Source: Alphaproteobacteria bacterium
GTDB lineage: Bacteria; Pseudomonadota; Alphaproteobacteria; UBA828
Direction: 5' to 3'
DNA: 64,000 nucleotides
Assembly: GCA_963422645.2 (NCBI GenBank)
Contig: CAXXVO010000009.1
Coordinates: 256,001 to 320,000 of the forward strand
The notes beneath the pieces were generated by a model. It was given only the letters and a program-made list of their open reading frames with translations, was not told where the DNA came from and ran no database searches. The position numbers and the translations under genes are program-made. This document shows positions 33,333 through 44,500 of this stretch, one piece after another (position 1 is the stretch's first letter; every line of letters begins with the position of its first letter).

Positions 33333-33366
33333 GCGGCGCCCGTTCCTCACCGGGAGCGGGCGCCGT
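33333..33366 (+). terminator. Stem-loop after pstS
   Basis: GGCGCCCGTTCC...GGAGCGGGCGCC. Confidence 0.55.
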
Positions 33367-33425
33367 TCTCAACCAGTGCCGCAGGACAATAGCCAACCGC
33401 AGGGGGAGCGACAGGAGCATGCGCG

Positions 33426-34115
33426 ATGACGGATAGCCCGCTCATCCTCGTGATCGAAGACGAACCCTCGCTGACGACCCTGCTCCGTTACAATCTCGAG
33501 AGTCACCGGTTCCGCGTTGCCTCGATTGAGAACGGCGGCGACGCGATGAGCACGATCGCTTCGACCAAGCCCGATCTGGTGCTGCTCGACTGGATGCTGC
33601 CCGGAGTCTCCGGGATCGAGATTTGCCGCAAGATCCGGCGCGACCCCGAGACCCACAACCTGCCGGTCATCCTGCTCACCGCACGCGGCGAGGAAAGCGA
33701 CCGCGTCCGCGGCCTCGACTGTGGCGCCGACGATTATGTGGTCAAGCCCTTCGTGATTTCCGAACTCATCGCTCGCATTGGCGCGGTGCTGCGCCGGGCT
33801 GCGCCGACGAGCGCGGCCCAATCGCTCGCCAGCGGCGACATCACAATGGACCTCGCCAGCTATCGCGTCAGCCGCAGCGGGCGCTCGATCCACCTGGGGC
33901 CGACCGAGTACCGCCTGCTGCGCCATTTCATGGAGCATCCGGGCCGGGTGCTCTCTCGTGACCACCTGCTTGAGGCGGTGTGGGGGCGCGCGGTGCATAT
34001 CGAGCAACACACCGTGGACGTCCACGTTCGCCGTCTGCGCCAGGCGCTTAACGGTGACGGCGAGGTCGACGTGATCCGGACCGTGCGCTCGGCGGGCTAC
34101 GCCTTCTCCGCCTAA
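33426..34115 (+). CDS. phoB: Phosphate regulon response regulator PhoB
   Basis: LLDWMLP, LTARGEE.DRVRGL, LGPTEYRLL and TVDVHVRRLR motifs. Confidence 0.93.
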   Translation: MTDSPLILVIEDEPSLTTLLRYNLESHRFRVASIENGGDAMSTIASTKPDLVLLDWMLPGVSGIEICRKIRRDPETHNLPVILLTARGEESDRVRGLDCGADDYVVKPFVISELIARIGAVLRRAAPTSAAQSLASGDITMDLASYRVSRSGRSIHLGPTEYRLLRHFMEHPGRVLSRDHLLEAVWGRAVHIEQHTVDVHVRRLRQALNGDGEVDVIRTVRSAGYAFSA

Positions 34116-34841
34116 CGCCGCCCCCCTCAGCCGAACTCTGGCACCGTCGCGACCGCGCTCTCGCGCTCGTCGATGGCAGCCTGCCAGCGGGCGATGTTGG
34201 TCCTCGGGGCCAGCAGCGTCTCGCCCTCCGGCGTCATCTTCAGATAGTGAAGGACGGGCAGCACCATATAGTCCGCGACCGATGCCTCGTCGCCGGCGAA
34301 GCAGGTCCGGCCATCCAGTGCTCCCTCGAGCGCGACAAGCGCCTTGTCGGACTTGGGCACGCTGCTCTCCACCAACGCCTCGTCGGGCTCACCGCCCTGC
34401 GCGGGCACGACCAGGCGCTGCAGCACGATGTCGATCGCCGGGCGGTAGAGATACTGGATGAAGACCGACGTCCATTGCCAGCAGAGGGCGTTGGCGAGCG
34501 GGTCGGCCGGCTGCAGGGGCGGCCCGTCGAACGCGTGGTCGATGTAATTGCAGATCGCCAGCGACTCGTACATGCGCACGTCGCCGTGGGTCATGGCCGG
34601 CACCGACCCCCAAGGCTGCATCGCCTTCTGCTCCGGTGACTGGGGTGCGAGCGGATCGAGCTCGTAAGGGACTCCCTTCTCCATACACGCCATGCGGCAG
34701 GTGCGGACATAGGTGCTCAGCGGTGTGCCATGGATAATCGTAACTGCCCAGGTCTGATTCTGCCGAGCACTCGGACGTGATGGATTGATGGTTCTGACCA
34801 GCCAGGGGTCAGGCGGCGCTTTCCCGGAGCAGCGCAGGATT

Positions 34842-36383
34842 TCAGAAGCGCAATACGGGGATCAGCTGGATTGGATCGGGGTGCGCCAGGGTTTCGAGGA
34901 CATTCCAGCGCTGTTTTCGAGCGGTGGCGATGACGGATCGCAGGTTTGCGAAGTCGCGGGCGCCTTGTATCGAGCGGAAGCCGCCTGAGATTTTCTGGCG
35001 CAGCTTGCCCATTCGGAGGTCGCGCTCGGCCTCGTTGTTGGAGAAGGGGGTTCGCGGATCGGTGAGGAAGCGCAGGCACCCCTCCTTGTACTTCTGGAGT
35101 CGGAGGGCGAGGTTGTGACCGATGCGGCGCTTTTGTCGTCCGCGCTTTCCGGTCTGGAGCGGTGGCATTTCTTCGTGAGAGGCGATGGCACGTTCGAGGA
35201 TGCGGTCCCAGGCTCGCGAGATGCGGGCCACCAGTGAGGCGGGCACGTCGCGGTCGTTCTTGTGGGCGAAGCGGGCGGCTCTGTTGGCACGGATGAGGAG
35301 CCGGTGCGTGCTCGTTGCCCAGTCTTCCTTCTCGATCTCGATGAGGGCTTGGAGCTCGCGCAGGTGATGGGCGTTGCAGGCCCCGTGGCGCACGCCCTCG
35401 AGAGCGAAGTAGGTGGCGTAGTCGTCATGGATGACGATGCCGTTGAGCTTCTCGTCGATGTGGCTGCGCCCGGTGGCGACGCGCAGGATGGTGAGCAACG
35501 GGGTGCACAGCACATGGAGCCAATGGGTCCGGGCGGCGATGCGGATGCCGGTCTCGTCGAGGTGTTTGACTGGGGCTGCGGTGCGGATGATCTCCGCGAG
35601 GCGATCGAGGAAGCCCTCGAAGCGCCGGGCGGTGCGCCTTCCCATGGCGACGATGGTGGCTGTTGAGAGCTTGACCGCGAAGAGGTCGCTCATGACCTCG
35701 GCGACCCGCTTCTCGGGAATGAACTGAGCGTGCAGCAGGTAGGTCACCCACGCGGTGATGCGCGGCCCGTATTGGACCGGTGCGCTCACGCCGTTCGGGA
35801 AGACGGCTGTCGTCACGGTGCCGCAGGCAGCGCAGAGGCAACGATGGCCGCGATGTTCGGTGACCTCGAGGGGCTGCGGCTCGGGCACATCGAAGACCTG
35901 CCGGCAGACGGGGGCTCCGTGACGGTCAGCGTCCGACAGCGGCGCGCCGCAGCCCTCACAGGCGGACGGATCATGATCGACGACATGGTCGGGCGTCGCG
36001 GTCCGCTCCAGGGTAGTTCCCTTGTGGCCCGGCTGGCCGCCACTGGGCCTGTCGGACTTGCCGCGCTGGCTCCGGGTGCGCTTCTCCCGGTCACCGCTCT
36101 TCTTCTTCAGACCGTCGCTGGCCGGCGGCTTGGAGCTGGTGGTGCTGTCGAGCGCGGCGCTGCGCTCGAGTTCGGCGATCCGCTCGCGCAAGCGGGCGTT
36201 CTCCCGCTCCAGCGCGTCGTTCTCCTTGACCAGGGCCGCGCTCAGGCGCAGCAACCCCTGGCCCCATTCCCGAATGGCTTTGACGGCGGTCATTGCGAAG
36301 GATTGTGGGGTGAAAAGGTCCTGCAGGCACGCGAAGGCCTCGTCGTGGGCAGCGAGGTCCTCGTGCCAGCGCGACACTGTCAC
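34842..36383 (-). CDS. tnpC: IS66 DDE transposase TnpC
   Basis: Translation identical to copy 1. Confidence 0.95.
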   Translation of the reverse strand: MTVSRWHEDLAAHDEAFACLQDLFTPQSFAMTAVKAIREWGQGLLRLSAALVKENDALERENARLRERIAELERSAALDSTTSSKPPASDGLKKKSGDREKRTRSQRGKSDRPSGGQPGHKGTTLERTATPDHVVDHDPSACEGCGAPLSDADRHGAPVCRQVFDVPEPQPLEVTEHRGHRCLCAACGTVTTAVFPNGVSAPVQYGPRITAWVTYLLHAQFIPEKRVAEVMSDLFAVKLSTATIVAMGRRTARRFEGFLDRLAEIIRTAAPVKHLDETGIRIAARTHWLHVLCTPLLTILRVATGRSHIDEKLNGIVIHDDYATYFALEGVRHGACNAHHLRELQALIEIEKEDWATSTHRLLIRANRAARFAHKNDRDVPASLVARISRAWDRILERAIASHEEMPPLQTGKRGRQKRRIGHNLALRLQKYKEGCLRFLTDPRTPFSNNEAERDLRMGKLRQKISGGFRSIQGARDFANLRSVIATARKQRWNVLETLAHPDPIQLIPVLRF

Positions 36384-37048
36384 GAACCCTCGTCGGCCTC
36401 GACGGCCATGATCGCGGCCAGCACCGCCAGGCGTTCGCCCGCCGGCATGGCCTCGTAGCGCCGGCCCCAGTTGGCCGCCTTGCGCTTGATGCACTGGCGC
36501 TCGGTGAAGTTCCGGCCGGCGAAGCTCGCCCAGTGCACCCGGTCAGGCGCGAAGTTGAACCACACGACCTCGGTCCGCACCTGGGCCTGGGTCGTCACCT
36601 GCAGCGCCAGCCGGCGCCAGCCCGCCAGCAGCTCGTCATAGAGCGCAGACGGGTGGCCCGAGACCATCACCTGGCAGGGCAGACCCTTGAGCAGTTCGAG
36701 GAGCGCGACGTGGTCGGCCTCCTCGTACTCGAAGCGGTAGCGCTGCGACGAACGCCGGGTCGCGTGCAGATAGGGCGGATCGCTGTAGACCAGCTCCGGG
36801 CCCAGAAACGGGAACGAGGCCAGGAAGGAATGGGCGCAGCCGGGCACCAACTCCACCGGGTAGTCGCAGCCAAAGGCCTCAAGCGCCCGCTCGTCGCGGT
36901 CGATCCCGATCGAGCGCATGGCCGCAGGCTTGCGCTTCATCAGCGCCCCGCCCCCAAGATGGCTCTCGATATAGACAGAGTGCCGCGGCATCAGCGCAAT
37001 CAGCGCCTGGCTCAGACCGGTCGTCGCCTTCGACCCGAAATACCCCAC
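36380..37048 (-). CDS. Compact Dam-like DNA adenine methyltransferase (H-to-P variant)
   Basis: Same as copy 1 except VELVPGC instead of VELVHGC. Confidence 0.9.
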   Translation of the reverse strand: MGYFGSKATTGLSQALIALMPRHSVYIESHLGGGALMKRKPAAMRSIGIDRDERALEAFGCDYPVELVPGCAHSFLASFPFLGPELVYSDPPYLHATRRSSQRYRFEYEEADHVALLELLKGLPCQVMVSGHPSALYDELLAGWRRLALQVTTQAQVRTEVVWFNFAPDRVHWASFAGRNFTERQCIKRKAANWGRRYEAMPAGERLAVLAAIMAVEADEGS

Positions 37049-37401
37049 CGGCTGCTCCTCTCATGCGAGAGTGCAACCCATAGGCGAGAGAACCTATACA
37101 GTCAAGCGGGGATCAACGACGCGCCGACGGCGAAACGGCACCGACGGCAAGCAACATCAGCACGCACTCAGAACTGGCGGCGGGGTACCTGGGTAGTTAC
37201 GGATAATCAGTGTCGCCATCGTTCGCTCTCCCACTCCGATCGGGTCGGCAGGGCCCTCCCCCGGCCGCGCGCGCCTATCTTGCATATCCCGCTCGGGGTT
37301 GCACCGGGTCCGCACCGTGAACGGGTCGTCGGTCGAGTTGTTCGCGCGCAGGCCGCTGACTATGCTCGCGGCAGCAGGATGGCCCAGCGCGGAGACGCGG
37401 C

Positions 37402-39648
37402 ATGCTGACGATTACCGGCTATCCCGACCGGATCAGCGTCCGGCCGGGCGAGACCATCAAGTTCATGGTCAACTGCGAGCATCCGACCTATCAGGCGGAC
37501 ATCGTGCGCCTGATCTGCGCGGACGACACGCCCGCCGGGCCCGGCTTCAAGGAACGACCGGTCCGCACGCCGGTGAGCAAGCGCCACAAGGGGCGCAGGC
37601 AGGCCATCCACGCGGGCTCCTACGCCCTGGTGGAGAGCCGGCCGCTGCTGGAAACGCTCGGCAGCTTTACGGTTCAGGCCATGATCTGGCCGACCACGCC
37701 CGGCAAGGGCGAGCAGGGCATCGTCAGCAAGTGGGACCCGCGCAGCCGGTCCGGCTTCGCGCTCGTCATCGACGAGGCGGGCTCGGTCGCGCTCCGCCTC
37801 GGCATGGCGGACGGCACCGTGGAGCCGGTCTCGGTCGGCAGGCCGCTGCTCGAGCGCCACTGGTACCTCGCTGCGGCGAGCTACGATGCCGAGTCCGGCC
37901 AGGTCACCGTCTATCAGGAAGCGCTCCTGCCCTACGCGCGGGCCAACGACGGCGGCACGGCAAAGCGCAAGCTCGGACCTGCGGCGGCGGGGAACGGCGC
38001 GCCGATCGTCATGGCGGGGACCTTCAAGCGGCGCCAGAAGGGTCGCACGCTGGTGGACTCTCTCTACAACGGCAAGATCGATTCGCCCCGTCTGGTCGGC
38101 CGCGCTCTAGATCGTCTGGAGATCGAGCGCATGCGGAACGAGGCGGTCCCGGCCGGGCTCGCGCCCGACATCCTCTGCGCCTGGGATTTCTCGCGCGACA
38201 TCACGTCGATCAGGATTTCCGACCGTTCTTCCAACCATTGCCACGGCGAAATCGTCAACCTGCCCGCGCGCGGCATGACCGGGTGGAATTTCTCGGGCGA
38301 GGAGATGTGCTGGCGCCACGCGCAGCATGAGTACGGCGCCATTCATTTCCACGACGACGATCTCTACGACGCGGGGTGGGGGGTGGACTTCGAATGGACC
38401 CTGCCTGCGCGCATGGCGAGCGGGGTCTACGCCGCGCGGCTCAAGGGGGCCGAGGAATACGTACCTTTCGTGGTGCTGCCGGCGCCGGGACGGGCTGCGC
38501 GCATCGCCTTCCTGCTGCCGACGGTCGAGTACATGGCCTATGCCAACGAGCATCTGGCCTTCGACGGCTCGCTCGGCGAGCTCCTCACTGGCCAGCTGCC
38601 GGCGCTCAACGCGCAGCAGCTCTTTCTCAACGAGCATCGCGAATACGGCGCGTCGCTCTATGACACCCATTCGGACGGCAGCGGTGTCTGCTATTCGTCC
38701 CGGCTGCGCCCCATCCTCAACATGCGGCCCAAGGCGGAGACGCCCTGGGCCTGCGCCGGCGAAGACTCGACCAACGCGCGCGAATTCATCCTCGACATGT
38801 ACGTGGAAGACTGGCTCACGCACCTCGGCTTCGAGCACGACGTCATCACCGACGAGGACGTCCACCGCGAGGGCATCGACCTCCTAAAGCCCTACAACGT
38901 GCTGATCACCGGCGGTCACCCGGAGTACTACTCGAAGGCCATGCGGGACGCCGTGCACGGCTTCACCCAGCAGGGCGGCCGGCTGATGTATCTCGGCGGC
39001 AACGGCTTCTACTGGCGTGTCGCCATGCACAAGGAGCTGCCAGGCGTGATTGAGGTGCGCCGCTGCGAGGCCGCGATCCGCACCTGGGAGGGCGACCCCG
39101 GCGAGTACTATCACAGCTTCACGGGCGAATACGGCGGGATCTGGCGCCATCAGGGGGACTTCGCACCGCAGCGGCTGGCCGGTGTCGGCTTTGTCGCCGA
39201 GGGCTTCGACAAGTCCTCCTACTACCGGCGCATGCCAGGGAGCTTCGACCCCCGCGCGCGCTTCGTTTTCGAGGGAATCGGCGAGGACGAGATACTCGGG
39301 GACTTCGGCTATCACGGCGAGGGCGCGGCCGGCAACGAGCTCGATGCCACCGATTCCCGCCTGGGCACGCCCCCGCACGCGCTGGTGCTCGCTCGCTCGG
39401 AGGACCACACCGACCTCTATCTGGTGGTGAACGAGGAGGTGCTCGTGAACCATGCCGGCCTCGGCGGCACGGAGCACGAGAAGGTCAAGGCCGACATGGT
39501 CTTCTACGAGACGCCGAACGGCGGCGCGGTGTTCTCCGTCGGCTCGATCTGCTATCCCGCGAGCCTGCCGTGGAACGGCTACGACAACAACATCGCGCGG
39601 CTCACGACCAACGTGCTCCGCCGCTTCGCCGACCCAACGCCTTTCTGA
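37402..39648 (+). CDS. N,N-dimethylformamidase large (beta) subunit family protein
   Basis: LamG-like N-region; YGAIHFHDDD, YMAYANEH, SLYDTHSDGSG, HPEYYS and GGNGFYW motifs. Confidence 0.88.
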   Translation: MLTITGYPDRISVRPGETIKFMVNCEHPTYQADIVRLICADDTPAGPGFKERPVRTPVSKRHKGRRQAIHAGSYALVESRPLLETLGSFTVQAMIWPTTPGKGEQGIVSKWDPRSRSGFALVIDEAGSVALRLGMADGTVEPVSVGRPLLERHWYLAAASYDAESGQVTVYQEALLPYARANDGGTAKRKLGPAAAGNGAPIVMAGTFKRRQKGRTLVDSLYNGKIDSPRLVGRALDRLEIERMRNEAVPAGLAPDILCAWDFSRDITSIRISDRSSNHCHGEIVNLPARGMTGWNFSGEEMCWRHAQHEYGAIHFHDDDLYDAGWGVDFEWTLPARMASGVYAARLKGAEEYVPFVVLPAPGRAARIAFLLPTVEYMAYANEHLAFDGSLGELLTGQLPALNAQQLFLNEHREYGASLYDTHSDGSGVCYSSRLRPILNMRPKAETPWACAGEDSTNAREFILDMYVEDWLTHLGFEHDVITDEDVHREGIDLLKPYNVLITGGHPEYYSKAMRDAVHGFTQQGGRLMYLGGNGFYWRVAMHKELPGVIEVRRCEAAIRTWEGDPGEYYHSFTGEYGGIWRHQGDFAPQRLAGVGFVAEGFDKSSYYRRMPGSFDPRARFVFEGIGEDEILGDFGYHGEGAAGNELDATDSRLGTPPHALVLARSEDHTDLYLVVNEEVLVNHAGLGGTEHEKVKADMVFYETPNGGAVFSVGSICYPASLPWNGYDNNIARLTTNVLRRFADPTPF

Positions 39649-39659
39649 GGACGCGCATC

Positions 39660-40202
39660 ATGCCGGGCTATGTGATCGCCGATGTGACGGTGACCGATCC
39701 GGAGACCTATGCCGACTACCGGGCGCTGACACCCGGCTCGATCGCGGCCTTCGACGGACGCTTCCTCGTCAGGGGCGGCGATCACAAGGTCATCGCCGGT
39801 GGCTGGCAGCCCGGTCGGCTGGTGTTGCTGCACTTCGACAGCCCCGCACGTGCCGCTGCCTGGTACGACTCACCGGCCTACGTGGAAGCACGCGCGATCC
39901 GCCAGCGTGCATCGACCGGCCACATGGTCCATCTAGAAGGCGATGGAGCTGCACAGGGTGGCGGCCATTACGTGATCCTGCGCGGAGCGACCGAAGATTC
40001 CGACATCGATCCTGCAGGCGTCGCAGCTTGCGGCGGGCGGCTGTTGTCTTGCGGCCATGCCCCTGCGGTCAAGGAAGGCTCCTGGCCCGACGGCCGCATG
40101 ACTGTCCTCGAATTCGACGACCGCGCTGCGGCGGAGTCCTGGCGCGAGTCGGCAGACGCCCGGCAGCTTGAGGGCGAGGCGCTTCTGGTCGAAGGCGCCT
40201 GA
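39660..40202 (+). CDS. DUF1330-domain protein (apparently two tandem domains)
   Basis: GRFLVRGG...F.S...A.AWYDSPAY pattern plus a degenerate second repeat. Confidence 0.8.
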   Translation: MPGYVIADVTVTDPETYADYRALTPGSIAAFDGRFLVRGGDHKVIAGGWQPGRLVLLHFDSPARAAAWYDSPAYVEARAIRQRASTGHMVHLEGDGAAQGGGHYVILRGATEDSDIDPAGVAACGGRLLSCGHAPAVKEGSWPDGRMTVLEFDDRAAAESWRESADARQLEGEALLVEGA

Positions 40203-40210
40203 ACCCAGCG

Positions 40211-41428
40211 TCAGGCAGGCGCGCCGACGATGCCGCGGTCATGCAGTGCGCCGATGGCGCCGTCGCTAAGGCCCAGCACCTCCGTCAGAATCTCGTCGGT
40301 ATGCTGGCCGAGCCGGGGCCCCGGTTTGACGGCACCGCGCGGAGCGGCGGCGAAGTCCAGCGGTGAGCCCGGCGTGAGCACAGGCCCGATCCCCGGCTGC
40401 TCGACCCGCTGAAACAGCGGATTCGCCGTCGAGCAGAAGGGGTCTTCCTCCACCATCTGGGTATGGGTGCGAAAGGGCCCCCAAAGCACGCCGGCCTCGG
40501 TGAGCCGGTCGCCGACTTCCTCCAGGCTCAGCGATGCAAACCAGGGCGCGAGCGCGGCGCGAAGCTGCTCCCGCGCCTTCCAGCGGTCGGCCTCGTCGGC
40601 GAGGTTGACGCTCTGCTCCGACTCGATCTGAGCGAAGGTCTCAGTGAGCCCGGCCGCCTGGCCCAGCGCCTTGACGTGGCGCGGAGTTACCACCACCAGC
40701 ATGACCCGGCGGCCGTCCTGGGTCGCGAAATCGCCGCCGAAGGTGCCGTACATGTCGTTGCCGATGCGCGGCCGCTCGGCGCCGTTGATCTCGACATCGC
40801 CGATGTAACCGAGCGAGCCGGTGATGTGATAGCCGACGTCGGCAAGGCTGAGGCGCACCTCCTGCCCCTCGCCGGTGCGGTTGCGGTGGCGCTCGGCGGC
40901 GAGCAGCCCGATGGTCGCGGTGAGGCCGCAGGTCAGGTCCCAGCCCGGCAGCACGTTGTTGACCGGCTCGTCCAGGTCCGCCGGCCCGGTCACGAAGGGC
41001 CAACCCATGCGGGCGTTCACGGTATAGTCGACCGCGACCGTGCCATCCGGGTTGCCGATGATACGGAGCATGATGAGGTCCGCGCGCCGGGCGCTCAGCG
41101 TCTCGTAAGAGAGCCAGTCCCCCACCTGCAGATTGGTGAGGAAAATGCCGGCCTCGGGCCCCGGCGCCGTGATCAGCGCGGCCACCAGCTCGCGCCCCTC
41201 CGCCTCGCGCAGATTGACCGCGAAGGAGCGCTTGCCCTTGTTCATGCCGGCCCAGTAGATGCTCTCGTTCTCCGGCGTAACCGGCCAGCGCCGGTAGTCG
41301 AGGCCACCGCCCAACGGATCGAAGCGGATCACGTCCGCTCCCATCTGGGCGAGCGTCATGCCGCCGAGCGGGGCTGCGACAAATGCCGAGCCCTCGACCA
41401 CACGCAGCCCCTTGAGAATGCCGTTCAC
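40211..41428 (-). CDS. Family III CoA transferase, mesaconyl-CoA (2-methylfumaryl-CoA) isomerase-like
   Basis: GSAFVAAPLGGMTLAQMGADVIRFDP.GGGLDY.RWP and AVDYTVN motifs. Confidence 0.85.
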   Translation of the reverse strand: MNGILKGLRVVEGSAFVAAPLGGMTLAQMGADVIRFDPLGGGLDYRRWPVTPENESIYWAGMNKGKRSFAVNLREAEGRELVAALITAPGPEAGIFLTNLQVGDWLSYETLSARRADLIMLRIIGNPDGTVAVDYTVNARMGWPFVTGPADLDEPVNNVLPGWDLTCGLTATIGLLAAERHRNRTGEGQEVRLSLADVGYHITGSLGYIGDVEINGAERPRIGNDMYGTFGGDFATQDGRRVMLVVVTPRHVKALGQAAGLTETFAQIESEQSVNLADEADRWKAREQLRAALAPWFASLSLEEVGDRLTEAGVLWGPFRTHTQMVEEDPFCSTANPLFQRVEQPGIGPVLTPGSPLDFAAAPRGAVKPGPRLGQHTDEILTEVLGLSDGAIGALHDRGIVGAPA

Positions 41429-41515
41429 GCCCACTCCTCCCCGCTCTCTCCGCTTCACCGGCCCTGAAAGCCGGGCTGCGGCTACGGCGCTGTGTAGTGG
41501 TCGCGTAAGCCGTGA

Positions 41516-44500
41516 TCAACCGTCGCTTTCGCGAAGCCTGAGACTTGGCGACGGATCGTCCTCGACGGCGCTCTCGCCGCCGGCAGGCGTTCGGCCGAAG
41601 AGAGCGGCAATGTCGCCCTGAATCGCGAGCAGGCACGGCACCAGAACCAGCACGATCAGGGTTACGCCGAGCAGTCCGAACACGATGGTGACCGCCATGG
41701 GCTTCAGGAACTGCGCCTGAAGGCTGGTCTCGAAAAGCAAGGGCGTGAGGCCGAAGATCGTCGTCACCGAGGTCAGGATGACGGCACGCAGGCGATCCCG
41801 CGCGCCGCCGACCAGGGCCTCCATCAGTGGTTCGCCGGCGTCAAGCCGGTCCTGGATTGCGCGGACGAGAATGATCGAATCATTGACCACGATGCCGCTG
41901 AGCCCGAGCAGCGCCATCATGCTCAGCACGGTGAGGTCGTAGCCCAGGACGAAATGGCCGAAGACGGCGCCGACCGCGCCGAAGGGAATCACGGCCATGA
42001 CGAAGATCGGCCGGCTGTAGCTTGAGAACACCCAGGCCAGGATGAGATAGATTGCAACCAGGGCGACTACGGCGCCGGTCATCATGTCGCCCATGGTCGT
42101 CGCCTGCTCCTCGGCCTTGCCGCGCAGCAGGACGCCGACACCGTACTTCTGCGCAACCTCCGACAGCCCCTCGGCCTGGAGCGCGCCCAGAACCTCGTCG
42201 GTGTTGGTGAGCGACTCGTCGATCTCCGCGGTGACGGCGATCATGCGCTGGCCGTCCTCGCGGCGGATGCTCGCGAACCCGGTTGCCTCGTCGAAGTCAA
42301 CCACTTCGGCGAGCGGCACTTCGACGCCGCCGGGGCTGCGCAAGTACAAGCGTCGGAGATCGCCTTCGGTGAGCGCGTCGTGCGGCAGGCGGACGCGGAT
42401 CGCGACCTCCTCGTCGCCCCGTGCGAAGCGCCTCGCGATCACGCCCTCGAAGGCGGCGCGCACCTGGCCCGCGGTACTCGCGGTCGTGAAACCGAGGGCA
42501 CGACCGCGGGAATTCACACTAAGGATTGTCTCCTGCTTGCCGTAGGGTGTGTTGTCCTCGATGTCGCTCACACCGGGGAAACGGCCGAGCAGCGCGCGCA
42601 CCTCGCCTGCCGCTAACTTGAGCGTCTGCACGTCGTCGCCTGCGATCCTAATGTCGATCTCGCGACCGGGTGGCCCGGCCGCGCGCTCGAGGATCGTTAT
42701 GGTCTCCAGCCCCGGCAACGGGCGCACTCGGCTGCGCCATTCCTCGATCAGGGCCTGCGTGCGTATGGTGCGCTGATCCGAGGGCTGCAGCTCGACCCGT
42801 ATGGCACCCACGTGGTCGCCAGTACCGAGGAAGAAATTGTTGGAACGGGATGCCGGCTTGCCGACTTGGCCGAGGCTCATGACCACGAGGCCACCGGCGC
42901 CACCTGTCAGCGCGAGCTCGGCCTCGTCCAGCGCCCGCCCGAGCTCGTCCACCATGGCGGTTGTCGTCTCCCGCTTGGTGCCCTCGACGAAGGTGACGTT
43001 GGCGAGAACCGAATCCGCTTCCGGCGAGGGGAAGAAAATGAACGAGATGCGCCCGCCCCCGATCAGGCCCATAGACAGCAGCAAGAGGCCAATCGCCATG
43101 GCGATGGTCAGGTATCGCCAGGCGACGCAACCCCGCACGATGCGGGCGAAGAGCCCGTCGCGGAAGGCCTCAAAGCGCGGGTTGAACCATCGCGCGAATC
43201 TGTTCTCCTTGCGCGGATCGGCCCTCAGACCGATGCGCAAATGGCCGGGCAACACCACGAAGCACTCGATCACGCTCGCAACGAGAACGGCCACGATCAC
43301 CAGGGGAATGGCGCCGATGATCTCGCCGATCTGGCCCGACACCATGAAGAGCGGCAGGAAGGCGGCGACGGAGGTCAGCGTCGCCGCCATCACCGGCGCG
43401 AACATCCGCCGCGCGCCGAGTTCCGCCGCGTCGGCCGGGCTGGCGCCCGCGGCGCGCTGGGTCACCGCATGCTCGCCGACCACGATGGCATCGTCCACAA
43501 TGATGCCGATAGCCATGATGAGCGCGAACAGGCTCACCATGTTGATCGTCTGGCCGGTCAACATCATCACGCCGAGGGTGGCGAGCAGCGAGACGGGAAT
43601 ACCGACCGAGACCCAGAAGGCGACCCGCGTGCTCAGGAAGATGAACAGCACGAGCACCACCAGAGCCAGCCCGCTCGCGCCGTTGCGGAGCAGCATGTTG
43701 ATGCGGTCGTCGATGAGCTCCGACGCATCGTCGTAGTGCTCGACGACCAGAGTCGGCGGCAGCGTCGGCTGCAACTCCTCGAGAAAGTCATCGAGTATGC
43801 CCGCCTGCTCCAGCGCATCGGACGTGCTCGCGCGTCGCACCTGCAGCTCGATGGCGGGATAGCCGGCCCTGAACGCGACCGTATCCCGCTCGTTGAAGCG
43901 TTCGCTGATGGTCGCGATATCGCGGAGGTGGACCTTGGCCCCATCCTGGCGCGCGATGATCTCGACCTGGCCGATCTCATCGGCCGATCTGGCGAGGCCC
44001 AGGCTTCGGATTTGCTTGTTGGTGCCGCCAGGGACGATGCCGGAAGGCAGGTCGGCCGAGCTCGTGCCAATCCGTGACGCGATATCGCCGAGTGTGAGAT
44101 CGAGCTGGCGCAGGCGCCCCTCGCCGACCTCGACCCAGATCTCCTCTCGTCGGCTGCCGAAGAGGTCGACTTTGTCGACGCCAGCGGAAAGCAGACGCTC
44201 CCGGATGTCCTTGGCGTGGGCACGCAGCGCCGCCTCGGAGAACGGGCCCGAGACGACAATATTTCCTATGTTCTCGTAGAAGTAGAGGCGGTTGACGACC
44301 GGCTTCTCGGAGTCCTCCGGCAGCGTCTCGACCCGGCCCACGGCGTTCTCGACGTTGGCCAGCGCCGTATCGAGATTCGTCCCGGGCTCGAACTCCACGA
44401 CGACCGAGCCGATGCCTTCCACGGACTGTGAGGAGACGCGCTTGACCCCGTCGAGGAAGCGGACTTCCGGCTCGATCGCCGCGACGATGTTGGTATCCAC

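Larger units (their letters stand above)
34740..37200 (-). mobile_element. IS66-family element carrying a DNA adenine methyltransferase, copy 2 (2461 bp)
   Basis: Same TIRs as copy 1; 8-bp target duplication GGATAATC at 34732-34739 and 37201-37208. Confidence 0.97.
34127..37219 (-). pseudogene. Glutathione S-transferase interrupted by IS66 copy 2 after codon 6
   Basis: Removing the IS and one target copy restores MATLIIHGTPLSTYVRTCRMACMEKGVPYE...VP..ESLAI, with ATG at 37219. Confidence 0.92.
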
